DNA of 63,949 nucleotides, the filler included, from Thermoplasmatota archaeon (GTDB lineage Archaea > Thermoplasmatota > E2 > JACPAO01 > JAHFTW01), in assembly GCA_041623215.1 (NCBI GenBank). It is 3 parts of 3 records of this genome, joined end to end, with 100 filler letters (N's around TTAATTAATTAA, not from the genome) between each part and the next. Parts side by side here need not be neighbours in the genome. Positions count along the whole stretch, not along the records: positions 30,909 to 60,569 come from JBFJXH010000007.1; 2 more parts are not named here. One strand, written 5' to 3'. The position numbers and the translations under genes are program-made. This document shows, in pieces, positions 30,909 through 39,818 of the stretch (the stretch's first letter is position 1; every line of letters starts with the position of its first letter). The notes under the pieces were generated by a model. It worked only from the letters and a program-made list of their open reading frames with translations. It was not told the DNA's origin and searched no databases.

Positions 30909-31044
30909 TGGCGTGGACGAAGCAGTCGCGCCAGTGACTGTGACTGTCCAGGTCATTTGACGAGCGAAGCGAGGAAAGTGGCGTGGACGAAGCAGTCGCG
31001 CCAGTGACTGTGACTGTCCAGGTCATTTGACGAGCGAAGCGAGG
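30909..31044. repeat. 70-bp-period tandem duplication (two identical 66-bp copies)
   Basis: 30909-30974 is identical to 30979-31044, separated by AAAG. Confidence 0.95.
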
Positions 31045-31178
31045 CCATGGACCCGCCCCCGGCGGACGCGCACCCGGCAGGGGAGTTGGCCCTGCTGGCC
31101 TAAGCCCCACGGAGGGTTGAACTTCACATCCAACCCGTTTACCGACTGCCTATCAACCTGGAACGCCCATGTTCCGCC

Positions 31179-31424
31179 ATGACCTGCCAACAGGCCAACT
31201 CCCTGGTTCCGGACCTGCCACCGTCTGTGCAAAGCGTATTGTGCCGCTTGGCGCAGGACACGCCGCAGACAACGGCTGACCTGACCGCCGCCACTGGCCT
31301 CGCCAGGCGAACCGTCTATGTGGCCCTGAAACGCCTGCGCGCCCGCGGGTTGTTGGCTGAGCAAGTGAGCCTTCGCGACTCGCGCCAAACCTGGTTTTGG
31401 CTCAAGGCGCCCAGCGAATCATGA
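31179..31424 (+). CDS. Small archaeal MarR-like winged-HTH regulator
   Basis: LPPS...RRTVYVALKRL...DSRQ pattern. Confidence 0.8.
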   Translation: MTCQQANSLVPDLPPSVQSVLCRLAQDTPQTTADLTAATGLARRTVYVALKRLRARGLLAEQVSLRDSRQTWFWLKAPSES

Positions 31425-32632
31425 CCCTCCACGCCACGGGTGGCCGCACGCCGGCGGTGCCCCTGACACTCTGGCTTAGCCTGCTAGTTTTGCTCGCCTC
31501 GACGGGCGCGGCGGGCGCCAGCCATGTGCCCGCTACGGATATTCGGTGGGCCTGCGGATTCGGCGGCGGCGGCCAGACGGGCCACCCGGACCGCTGCGGC
31601 ATTGACCCCGTGAACGACCCAGAATTTGGGGACGCATGGATTGATGGCGACGAGCGCGTCATGGGCGTGGTCGTCAACGGCGAGGCGCGCGCCTATCCTG
31701 TGAGCGTGCTTACACGCCACGAAATTGTCAACGATGTTGTTGGCGGCGTGCCAGTGGCAGTGACTTTTTGTCCCCTCTGTGGCAGCGGCATTACCTTCGA
31801 TGCGACGGTTGCCGGGGAGGTGCGAACCTTCACAGCCAGTGGGTTCCTGTACGAACACGACCTCGTGATGATGGACGCCGAAACTGGCACCCTTTGGACA
31901 CAGATTCGCGGCGAAGCAGTCGGCACGCTGGTGGATGAGTCTGTGCGGCCTGCGCATCCGGACCAGCGCTTGACATTCTACCCCAGTGTCATTGCGTCGT
32001 GGAACGAATGGAAGACCCGGCAACCCACGTCACTCGTGCTGCAGCCGCCGCTTGGCGAGGGAAGCTACGCAAGCGACCCTTACGCCGGCGGCTTCGGTCG
32101 CGGCAGCTATTATGAGTCGTGCGAGCAAGGAATTTCCGGCCGGGGGCCGTGCGACATAGAGGGCCTTCACCCAAAGCAGCTGGTCATTGGGATCTGGCAA
32201 GCAGACGGTAACGCCACGGCGTTTCCACTGGATGCGGTTGCCCAGGCAGGCGGCGCCATCCAGCACGGACCGTTCCTTGTTGTGTCCAATGATGGCGGTC
32301 AAACGGGGCGCGCTTGGCATGCGGGAAGCCATGTTTTCGAGCGCACCAGCGATGGCTTCTGGCAGGCCGACGGCCAGGCATGGGACGTGGCGGCCGGAAG
32401 GGCAGAGGACGGCACACAGTTGGAGCCAGTTGCAACGGCGATTACCTCGTTTTGGTTTGCGTGGAAAACACATCACCCTGAGACGAACGTTTGGATTCCG
32501 CCGACCTACAAGCCCGACTTGGAGGCCAAGGAAACGCCATGGCCGGGAATTGCTGGAACCCTGATCGCTGGCCTCCTTGCAGCCGTGGCCGCGGCCAACA
32601 AGGTAAGGACTCAAGAACGCCAGAGGCGGTGA
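31421..32632 (+). CDS. DUF3179-family secreted protein with C-terminal anchor
   Basis: ARAYP, HEIVND, TFCPLCGSG, SGFLY...D.ETGTLWTQ, FWFAW..HHPET; ATGA-coupled. Confidence 0.85.
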   Translation: MTLHATGGRTPAVPLTLWLSLLVLLASTGAAGASHVPATDIRWACGFGGGGQTGHPDRCGIDPVNDPEFGDAWIDGDERVMGVVVNGEARAYPVSVLTRHEIVNDVVGGVPVAVTFCPLCGSGITFDATVAGEVRTFTASGFLYEHDLVMMDAETGTLWTQIRGEAVGTLVDESVRPAHPDQRLTFYPSVIASWNEWKTRQPTSLVLQPPLGEGSYASDPYAGGFGRGSYYESCEQGISGRGPCDIEGLHPKQLVIGIWQADGNATAFPLDAVAQAGGAIQHGPFLVVSNDGGQTGRAWHAGSHVFERTSDGFWQADGQAWDVAAGRAEDGTQLEPVATAITSFWFAWKTHHPETNVWIPPTYKPDLEAKETPWPGIAGTLIAGLLAAVAAANKVRTQERQRR

Positions 32633-32638
32633 GCAACC

Positions 32639-33271
32639 ATGCGCGTCTTGCTGACTGCCGCAGCGTTTCTGGCAGCTGGTCTTGCCGGATGTGCGAGTCC
32701 CGACCCAGGTGACGCGCAGGTTTTGGCCCGGTACGGCATTGACGCGCACGGCGATGACCCCTGGCTGGGCGACCCCGCCGCTCCCGTTACGGTCATTGCC
32801 TACGAAGCGCCCGGCTGTAGCGCCTGCCGCCATTTTCACTTGAATTCCCTGCCGGACTTGGAGCGACAGTACACGAACGAGGGCTTGGTCGTTTTCTATT
32901 TCTTGCAATGGACGATTGGCTATGCGTATGACGCGACGGCCGGCGTGGCCATGGAGTGCGCGTTTTCCCATGGCGGCAATGAGGCCTTCTGGCCGTACAG
33001 CCACTTCGTCTACGAGCAGCAAGGAGCCAGCGACGCTGAGCTGCGCCAAGCACTCAACGACAGTGCCACCGCACATGGATACGACGCAGAGGCGGTGACC
33101 TCGTGTTTTGATGACCAAGAGTCGCTGGAAGAGGTGCAAAGCGATATTGCCGCAGGACGGGACCGGCAGGCCCGTGCAAGCCCGACCTTCTTTGTCATCG
33201 GGCCCGAAGGAACGGAGATGATTAGCGGGAGTCGCGACTTGTTTGCGGCCATTGACGCCCAGCTGGCGTAG
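32639..33271 (+). CDS. DsbA-like thioredoxin-fold lipoprotein
   Basis: LAGC lipobox, GDPAAPVTV, CSAC, SPTFF cis-Pro loop. Confidence 0.88.
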   Translation: MRVLLTAAAFLAAGLAGCASPDPGDAQVLARYGIDAHGDDPWLGDPAAPVTVIAYEAPGCSACRHFHLNSLPDLERQYTNEGLVVFYFLQWTIGYAYDATAGVAMECAFSHGGNEAFWPYSHFVYEQQGASDAELRQALNDSATAHGYDAEAVTSCFDDQESLEEVQSDIAAGRDRQARASPTFFVIGPEGTEMISGSRDLFAAIDAQLA

Positions 33272-33357
33272 GGGCGGGCCGGCTCTTGGTAGGCTTTGAT
33301 GCATCCGAAACCAAATGACCCGCGCCATTGCATGGCACGCCAGCGTCCCAGGATTGG

Positions 33358-34041
33358 CTAAACTGCGACTTCGGCGTCGCTTCGCCCGCGGCCAACCAGA
33401 AGAAGCTCCCCCATTTCCGTCAGCTTGATGGTTAGCCTGCCAAACGAGCCTCGTTCAATATGGACAAGGCCCATGTCCTCGAGGCCTTTGCCCTCCCGCG
33501 TGGTTCGCAGGTGGTATGACAAGAGGCTCTTCTCGACCCCGCTTTGCTCCGACAGGTCCGCCAAGCTGTCGGCCTGTCCTTTCATGTCCCGAAGCGTCTC
33601 CATGATGCGAAATTTGGCCTCACTGATGAGCTCCCGGTAACTGAATTTCAAGACGGGCAGCGTGAACGGGGAATCTCCGGCTACACCGATGGCCGGGATG
33701 CCATTGACAAACGCGGCCGAAAGAGCACTGCACGTCTGCATTTTCTCACCGCTGGAGACATTCAGGATGATATCTGGAACTGCCACCGCAGCGTCGGCAT
33801 GAATGCTGGCGACTTGTCGCAGCGTATCCATGAGCATGTCAGCTTCGCTTACTTCCCGCAACTCCACTTCGATGCGCAATGGCATCAACTGCGTCACCAG
33901 CCCCTCCGCTCGGTTCCTGTATTGTGGCGGGAACAAGAGGACGAGCCGCCGGACCGGGTAGTCGCGGACGCCGACGAGGACGGCTTCGGTGTCCTCGCCC
34001 ACGGTGGCAATCATGAGCACTCCCGTGCCCGGCCCTGCCAT
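33358..34041 (-). CDS. CARF + winged-HTH transcription regulator (Csa3/DUF6293-like)
   Basis: N-terminal IATVG strand, NVSSGEK motif, LP linker, C-terminal wHTH; start ATG 34041. Confidence 0.8.
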   Translation of the reverse strand: MAGPGTGVLMIATVGEDTEAVLVGVRDYPVRRLVLLFPPQYRNRAEGLVTQLMPLRIEVELREVSEADMLMDTLRQVASIHADAAVAVPDIILNVSSGEKMQTCSALSAAFVNGIPAIGVAGDSPFTLPVLKFSYRELISEAKFRIMETLRDMKGQADSLADLSEQSGVEKSLLSYHLRTTREGKGLEDMGLVHIERGSFGRLTIKLTEMGELLLVGRGRSDAEVAV

Positions 34042-34613
34042 CAGTGGGCCCCCTTCATCTGGCGCCCGGGCCAACGGGCAGCCAAGGCGGTGGCACCGAG
34101 CAGGCCGACGATACCGAGTGGGATGTGCCATCCTGGGATTCCATTGCCACCGCCGGCCTCTGGAGGTAGTTCTCCATCGGCAGTCGTCACAATGACGCGG
34201 CCCGACATGGTGTCTGGATGAAAGCGACAATAGAAGGCAACCACGCCAGGCGTATCGAACGAGAAGGCCATGGATTCGCCTTGGCCACGTAGCTGCTGGT
34301 CAAACAGCCCGTTGGGTTGCTTGTTGTCCAGGGAATCGGTACTTGTTACCGTGTGGGCGCCAGCAGTCGGCTGGTCGTAGCGCCACCAAACTGTGGAGGC
34401 TGGCCCCACGGTCACTTCAGAGGGACTGAAGGATTGTCCGAAGGAGTTGTCCTCAATCTGGATGGTGGCTTCTTGTTGCCCAGATCCCAGGGGGGCAAGG
34501 GCAGAAAGCAGCAACAACCCGACGAGCGTGACGACCACAGCCCCTAAGCGGGTACGGCGGCGAACCGGACGCAGGGCACGGCAAGTCCTGGGCTTCACAG
34601 CCGCCAAGGTCAT
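34041..34613 (-). CDS. Secreted cupredoxin (plastocyanin/halocyanin-like) with C-terminal anchor
   Basis: FSPSEVTV, AHTVT, YCRFHPDTM type-1 Cu ligands; TGATG overlap with the CARF gene. Confidence 0.88.
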   Translation of the reverse strand: MTLAAVKPRTCRALRPVRRRTRLGAVVVTLVGLLLLSALAPLGSGQQEATIQIEDNSFGQSFSPSEVTVGPASTVWWRYDQPTAGAHTVTSTDSLDNKQPNGLFDQQLRGQGESMAFSFDTPGVVAFYCRFHPDTMSGRVIVTTADGELPPEAGGGNGIPGWHIPLGIVGLLGATALAARWPGRQMKGAH

Positions 34614-34684
34614 GATGGCGACTTCACCTTTGGCCAACGTGAAAAGCAGGTACAAGGGTGTGAAAGGTACGAGGTAATCGAGTC

Positions 34685-34915
34685 TTACGAGGGCGGCGAA
34701 CCGGACTGCGCGGCGCGCTTTTCGGCATCCAAGTCTTCGAAGTAATCGGCCAGGGCCTTGGTAACAACATCACTGAAGGTGCGGCTGCTGGTCAGCTTCA
34801 GGTAGTGCAGCTTCAGCAATTGGCGAACGGGGAGTTTCACCTTAACTTCCTTCAGTTCGGTTAGGTCGGGCTTCTCAATGCCCATCAGGCGTTCGGTGGT
34901 GGTGGCGGCGTTCAT
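34685..34915 (-). CDS. Small ribbon-helix-helix-like protein
   Basis: KEVKVKLP strand, then helices ...FSDVVTKALADYF; SD-like GGAGATGA. Confidence 0.7.
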   Translation of the reverse strand: MNAATTTERLMGIEKPDLTELKEVKVKLPVRQLLKLHYLKLTSSRTFSDVVTKALADYFEDLDAEKRAAQSGSPPS

Positions 34916-35127
34916 GTTTCATCTCCGTGAGCCAACAATGACCAGGGGGAGAGGGCCATTGTCGTCCCAGGCCCCTATGTGCGGTAGTCCTACCTTAAGA
35001 CCGACATGCAAAACGTTCAAATAAGGCCCTTTGGCCCCCGGTTTCCCCCCAGGACCAGGGCCTGTTGGCGCTCGAGGTCCGCGATTCATATAGCATCCCC
35101 GACCAGGCTTGGCTGTCAGGAGGGAAA

Positions 35128-35328
35128 ATGCACGAACAAACACACCCCATGGGGGATGACGAGGAACGGCGGACCGTCAAATTCCGGATTCCCCTGGATT
35201 TGCACCTGCGCCTCCACCAGCACCGGCTCTTGGGCCACCAGGCGATCAGCGACACCGTAGAAGCTGCGCTTGACAAGTATCTAGCGCACGAGATGCCCGA
35301 TAGCCATAATCGCGAACATCATACCTGA
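35128..35328 (+). CDS. Small ribbon-helix-helix-like protein
   Basis: RTVKFRIP strand, ...ISDTVEAALDKYL; SD GGAGG before ATG 35128. Confidence 0.65.
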   Translation: MHEQTHPMGDDEERRTVKFRIPLDLHLRLHQHRLLGHQAISDTVEAALDKYLAHEMPDSHNREHHT

Positions 35329-35528
35329 ACCACGCACATTGGGGTGTGCCGTGGGGCAAAGTCACCCGTCGATTCATCGGTGATGCCCTTTTGCCGTCAT
35401 GCGGCGAATCGACGGGTGCAACATGGGATGCGACCGCGTCCAGCGCCGCCGACCAAATCGTTCGGCTTGTGCTTTGACGGACGCGAGAAATGGTATCGCC
35501 ACCCCTGGAAGCTGGGTTGGCCCCATGC

Positions 35529-35547
35529 GCGAAGCATCTTGCTTCGC
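35529..35547. terminator. Hairpin downstream of tRNA-Leu
   Basis: GCGAAGCA-TCT-TGCTTCGC, 8-bp perfect stem. Confidence 0.4.
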
Positions 35548-35559
35548 CCGCTACTGCAG

Positions 35560-35641
35560 TGCAAGGGGCAGGATTTGAACCTGCGAACCACTAAGGACTA
35601 GACCCTGAATCTAGCGTCGTTGGCCACTTGACTACCCTTGC
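35560..35641 (-). tRNA. tRNA-Leu (anticodon CAG)
   Basis: Acceptor GCAAGGG/CCCTTGC, anticodon arm CTAGA-TT CAG GG-TCTAG, long variable arm, T-arm GCAGG-TTCAAAT-CCTGC. Confidence 0.95.
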
Positions 35642-35752
35642 GTCAAGATGGGGCGAGTGCGGAAGCCGCCCACTTGGGCGACGTTCTTGAGGCTTGTGAA
35701 AAGAGGGGGAAAAGGAGTGCAGGAACAGAGCCGCCGAGGCGTGCGCCGACGC

Positions 35753-36544
35753 CTACAGGGCCGCGAAGGCTTGGCCAAGCGCCTCGAAGCGATGCTTGAG
35801 GAGTTCGACCGCCTTCATGAGCGCGTCATCAGCCTTCAGACTGCCATCGGTCTCGAAGCGGAACAGGAATTTCCGGTCGTCGTAGGTGACGTGGAATCCT
35901 TCTTCCCCGACCATGAGGGCGGCGTCGTCAGCCCGGTTCACGTTGACCTCGTCGAGGACCACCAGCTTGCTACCGTCAAGCCCGAGCACGCCCTTCGGCG
36001 TGCGGGCAACCGCAACCTCAGCGTCTTCGGCCTTGATCTTGCGATTGTCCACGTGGGCCGTCGGGTAGTACTTGTAGCCCACCGCGTGACAAACTTGCCA
36101 CTTGGCGTGCTGAGTACCATCGCCAAGGACCGCCACGCACTCAAGGATGAGGCGCTGACCGGCCAGTAGCTGGACAATTGGGATGCGGTCGTCAGCCGGC
36201 TTGTAGGCCGGGTCTTCGCATTCCAGGTCGCCCGAGTACACCGTGCAGGGCCCTTCCTTCGTTAGCGTGTAGCGCACGAGGTATTCCGGGTTTCCCTCGT
36301 CGTCCACCCGGCCAGCCAAGTTGAGGCTGCTCGGGTCGGTGGTCAACGGAATGAGGCCCAAGCGATGGGCCACCATTTCGTCGAAGAGGGCGCTAGTGTT
36401 GTCGTAAAACGTCACTTGGTCGATGGCCAGCTTCGGGACTTCCGTCAGCAAGGTGCGTCGCAGGGCATTGACGAAGTACGGGTGCACTCCTTCGATGACA
36501 AGCTCGCCTTGGTTCTCGGTCAGTTCACGAATCTCGAGTTTCAT
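35753..36544 (-). CDS. rpoD: RNA polymerase subunit D (Rpo3)
   Basis: NALRRTLLTEVP, NTSALFDEMVAHRLGLIPL, VYSGDL, HAKWQ, ETDGSL. Confidence 0.96.
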   Translation of the reverse strand: MKLEIRELTENQGELVIEGVHPYFVNALRRTLLTEVPKLAIDQVTFYDNTSALFDEMVAHRLGLIPLTTDPSSLNLAGRVDDEGNPEYLVRYTLTKEGPCTVYSGDLECEDPAYKPADDRIPIVQLLAGQRLILECVAVLGDGTQHAKWQVCHAVGYKYYPTAHVDNRKIKAEDAEVAVARTPKGVLGLDGSKLVVLDEVNVNRADDAALMVGEEGFHVTYDDRKFLFRFETDGSLKADDALMKAVELLKHRFEALGQAFAAL

Positions 36545-36552
36545 AGGATTCC

Positions 36553-36939
36553 TCAGACCCGGCGGCCGCGGCGGCCGCCCTTCTTGCGGCACCCATCGTG
36601 GGGGACCGGCGTCACATCTTCGATGCGTCCGACCATGATTCCGTTACGGGCCAAGCCACGGATGGCAGCTTGGGCACCAGGGCCGGGGCTGCGAGCCTTG
36701 TTGCCACCGTAACCGCGCACGCGGATGTCCACGGTGCTGAAGCCCTTCTCCTTGAGGGCCTCGGCGACGCGCTGGGCCGCACTCATGGCGGCGTGCGGGC
36801 CACCTTGGTCCTTCTGTGCCTTGACGACCATGCCGCCGCTGCACTTGGTGATGGTTTCGGCGCCCGTGGCGTCGGTGACGGTGATGAGGATGTTGTTGTA
36901 GGACGCAAAGATGTGCGCCACGCCCTTCTTGTCACTCAT
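36553..36939 (-). CDS. rps11: 30S ribosomal protein S11
   Basis: [39 protein letters not shown]. Confidence 0.98.
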   Translation of the reverse strand: MSDKKGVAHIFASYNNILITVTDATGAETITKCSGGMVVKAQKDQGGPHAAMSAAQRVAEALKEKGFSTVDIRVRGYGGNKARSPGPGAQAAIRGLARNGIMVGRIEDVTPVPHDGCRKKGGRRGRRV

Positions 36940-37661
36940 GCAGTTGCCTCCTTGTTGTCATCGGTAGCTTCCGCAGCAGCTTCCTCTGCAGGCGCGGCTT
37001 CGGTAGCTTCAGCCGGCTCGGCAGGTGCATCCTCAGCGGGAGCCGCTTCTTCGCTAGCCGTTTCGGCGACCGGTTCAGTGGCGGCCGGTGCTTCGGCGAC
37101 CGCGGCTTGGGCGGCCTCCAGAATTTCAGCGCCGGCAGCACGCGGGCGCACGGGGTGAGCATCGTCGGCCACCGTGGCGGTGGGGTCGATGTGAATCAGG
37201 TCTTCCTCTTCCCGGCGGACCAGGTAGGAAGGCGCGGTGACGCGGCGGTCGCCAATTTGCACGAGACCGTGGCTGACGAATTGGCGGGCCTGCTTCATGG
37301 TGCGCGTGAGGCCCTTGAGGTAAACCTGCGATTGCAGGCGGCGGTTCAGGATGCGCTCAACATCAAGACCCAGCACTTCATTGAGGCTGGCATCGGCTTC
37401 GATGTAGCCGCTGCGGTGCAGACGGGTGAGAAGCAGCTTGGCTTCCTTGTGGGCCTGCGTGTTGTCCGCGTCACGCGTGGTGGACACGAGGCCACGCGCC
37501 TGACCACGGATTTCACGAAGGCGCGTCTGGGCCTTCCAGATTTCGCGCTTGTTCTTGAGGCCGAACTTCTTGACAATCTCGTTTTCGGCCTGGATGCGGT
37601 CGCCTTGCCAGGGGTGGCTCGGCGTTTCGTACTTCTTACGGGGGAATTTTGGTTGTCCCAT
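36936..37661 (-). CDS. rps4: 30S ribosomal protein S4
   Basis: [32 protein letters not shown]; Ala/Glu-rich tail. Confidence 0.97.
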   Translation of the reverse strand: MGQPKFPRKKYETPSHPWQGDRIQAENEIVKKFGLKNKREIWKAQTRLREIRGQARGLVSTTRDADNTQAHKEAKLLLTRLHRSGYIEADASLNEVLGLDVERILNRRLQSQVYLKGLTRTMKQARQFVSHGLVQIGDRRVTAPSYLVRREEEDLIHIDPTATVADDAHPVRPRAAGAEILEAAQAAVAEAPAATEPVAETASEEAAPAEDAPAEPAEATEAAPAEEAAAEATDDNKEATA

Positions 37662-37675
37662 ACAATCACCTCAGG

Positions 37676-38137
37676 CTATTTCTTCCTCTGGACACCAACA
37701 GTGGCGCCAGTGCGGCCGTTAGCCTTGGTGCGTTGCCCACGAACGGGGAGGTTGGCGTCGTGGCGGATACCGCGCCAGGAGCGGATCTTCTTCAGCCGGT
37801 TCAGGTCGTCAGTCAACTGAAGACCTACTTCGGTGGTGATGATGTGGCGGTCGTCGCCGCTTTCCGGGTCGTGGCGGCGGTTGCGCATCCAGACCGGTGC
37901 GTAATCCTCGACACGGGCGACGGTTTCGGCCAACTTCTCGATTTGGTCGTCCTTCAATTCGCCCATGACGGCGCGACGGTCGATGCCCGCTTCGCGGCAG
38001 ATGACGCGGCTCAAGCGGTGGTTCACGCCCTTCAGGCCAGTGAGGCCGTTAGCGACGGTGTTCTTTCCGTCTAGGTCCGTGTTGTGGATACGGACCAAGA
38101 ACCGAAAGTCCTCAGGGTATTCTTCTTTTTTTGCCAT
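37676..38137 (-). CDS. rps13: 30S ribosomal protein S13
   Basis: VRIHNTDLDG, WMRNRR.D, RGIRH..LPVRGQRT; start ATG 38137. Confidence 0.97.
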   Translation of the reverse strand: MAKKEEYPEDFRFLVRIHNTDLDGKNTVANGLTGLKGVNHRLSRVICREAGIDRRAVMGELKDDQIEKLAETVARVEDYAPVWMRNRRHDPESGDDRHIITTEVGLQLTDDLNRLKKIRSWRGIRHDANLPVRGQRTKANGRTGATVGVQRKK

Positions 38138-38331
38138 GGTTGACTCCCCCTTGCTCTCGAAGGAACAAAGGATCTGTGCCTGACCCACGCTAATGGGTCT
38201 TGCAGGCCGGCCGACAAGGGACCCCTATTTGAATGGTGCGGCGCTTCAACAGGGGGCGCGACGGGTTGGGCCGGACCACCAGGACGGGCCTTGTCGGCAA
38301 CTCCAAACACCGGAACGCCCCATGCACGGTT

Positions 38332-39366
38332 GTGACCGACACCTTGGCGCATCGCGTCGTCATCACCAAGCATGGCGGCCCGGACGTGCTGCGGCACGAA
38401 GCGTGGCAGATTCCGGAGCCCGGCGAAGGCGAAGTTCAGGTGGCCGTCGAAGCGGCCGGCATCAACTTCGCCGACCTGATGATGCGCATGGGCTTGTATC
38501 CTGAGGCACCCGAACCCCCCTTTGTGCCAGGCTACGAAGTTGCAGGACGTATTGGCAGCGTCGCCGACGGGGTTAAGGGGCTCAAGCCGGGAGACCGCGT
38601 CGTGGCGGCGACCCGCTTTGGCGGCTACACATCGCACACGAACCTGCCCGCCGAGGACGTCATCAAGGTACCGCGCGCCCTCGACCTTGAACAAGCAGCA
38701 GCGCTGCCCGTCCAGTACGTAACGGCATGGATTGCCCTGCATGAATACGGTCGCATCCGGGAAGGCGACCGCGTGTTGGTGCACGGCGGTGCTGGTGGCG
38801 TCGGGCAAGCAGCAGTGGCCATGGCCCAAGCGGCAGGGTGCGACGTCGTGGCCACCGCAGGCGGCAAGGCCAAAGTCGCCATGTTGCGCGAGCGTTTTGG
38901 CATTGAGGCGTTTGACCATCACGTTGGCCACGTGCGCCACCAATTGGATGCCCAGCACGGCTTCGACCTCATCTTGGACCCGGTGGGCGGCAGGCACCTG
39001 AAAGAATCGCTATTGACGCTTCGTCCCGGCGGCCGCGTGATTCTGTACGGTATGCAATCTCTAGTAACCAGCGACAAAGGCCGCCGAAGCCTTCGTGCCG
39101 CAGCCCGCGAATTGCCCGCCATGAAGGTCAAGACGATTCCCATGATGCTCCATAACACCGGCGTCCAGGGACTCAATCTCCTTAGCCTGTGGAAGGAGCG
39201 GCCGGATGTGGTGCGTCACGCCATGGACGGCGTGACCAAGGCGCTTGCTCGCAAGCGGATTCCGGCACCCACGATTGCGGCATCGTACCCGTTGGCGGAG
39301 GCGGCTAAGGCCCACCAGGCGATTCACGACCGGCGGCATGCCGGCAAGGTCTTGCTGACCTCGTAG
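38332..39366 (+). CDS. MDR-family NADPH:quinone oxidoreductase (VAT-1-like)
   Basis: INFADLMMRMGLYP, PGYEVAG, HGGAGGVG, GKVLL; start uncertain. Confidence 0.9.
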   Translation: MTDTLAHRVVITKHGGPDVLRHEAWQIPEPGEGEVQVAVEAAGINFADLMMRMGLYPEAPEPPFVPGYEVAGRIGSVADGVKGLKPGDRVVAATRFGGYTSHTNLPAEDVIKVPRALDLEQAAALPVQYVTAWIALHEYGRIREGDRVLVHGGAGGVGQAAVAMAQAAGCDVVATAGGKAKVAMLRERFGIEAFDHHVGHVRHQLDAQHGFDLILDPVGGRHLKESLLTLRPGGRVILYGMQSLVTSDKGRRSLRAAARELPAMKVKTIPMMLHNTGVQGLNLLSLWKERPDVVRHAMDGVTKALARKRIPAPTIAASYPLAEAAKAHQAIHDRRHAGKVLLTS

Positions 39367-39437
39367 CCACGCGGCCCGGTGTGCAAGGTTCTTCATGCAC
39401 TAGGTCACTCGACGATTGTCCCCCGTGGGGGCAGGTG

Positions 39438-39818
39438 TTGACCTTGAACCTTCGAAAAGCAATCCTCGTGACCGCTGTGGCGGCCTTCGCATTGAGCATG
39501 ACCGCCACGCCATCAAGCGCCCTCGCAGGCCAATGCTGGACGGCCCAGACCCAAACGTTCGACGTTTTTTCGTTCGGCGTCTCGGTCACGCCAACCTCGA
39601 CGACCTACGAACACGGCTGTTCCGACGAGGGGCAAGGCATCGGTTCCGCATCCGACTCCATGGGTGCGCAGGAATCGTTTGAGGCATCGGCGCAATTGAA
39701 CACCGCGACCAATGGCGTCTTGCCCGCCAAGAACGTGGAAGATGGCTGCCCCAGTGGCATGGGCCCCTTTGAAGCCGGCTCCTGCACCGTCGTTACGACC
39801 TACGCCATCGTTGCCTAG
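39438..39818 (+). CDS. Small secreted Cys-containing hypothetical protein
   Basis: Signal peptide LRKAILVTAVAAFALS...ALA and four Cys; TTG start uncertain. Confidence 0.55.
   Translation: MTLNLRKAILVTAVAAFALSMTATPSSALAGQCWTAQTQTFDVFSFGVSVTPTSTTYEHGCSDEGQGIGSASDSMGAQESFEASAQLNTATNGVLPAKNVEDGCPSGMGPFEAGSCTVVTTYAIVA

Noticed and set aside
30909..31044. Possible CRISPR array
   Set aside because: Copies are 66 bp with only 4 nt between them; no unique spacers and no cas genes
34685..35328. Toxin-antitoxin module
   Set aside because: Both ORFs look RHH-like; no PIN, RelE or other toxin gene is adjacent
33358..35641. Integrated element at tRNA-Leu
   Set aside because: No integrase and no duplicate of the tRNA-Leu 3' end noticed in the window
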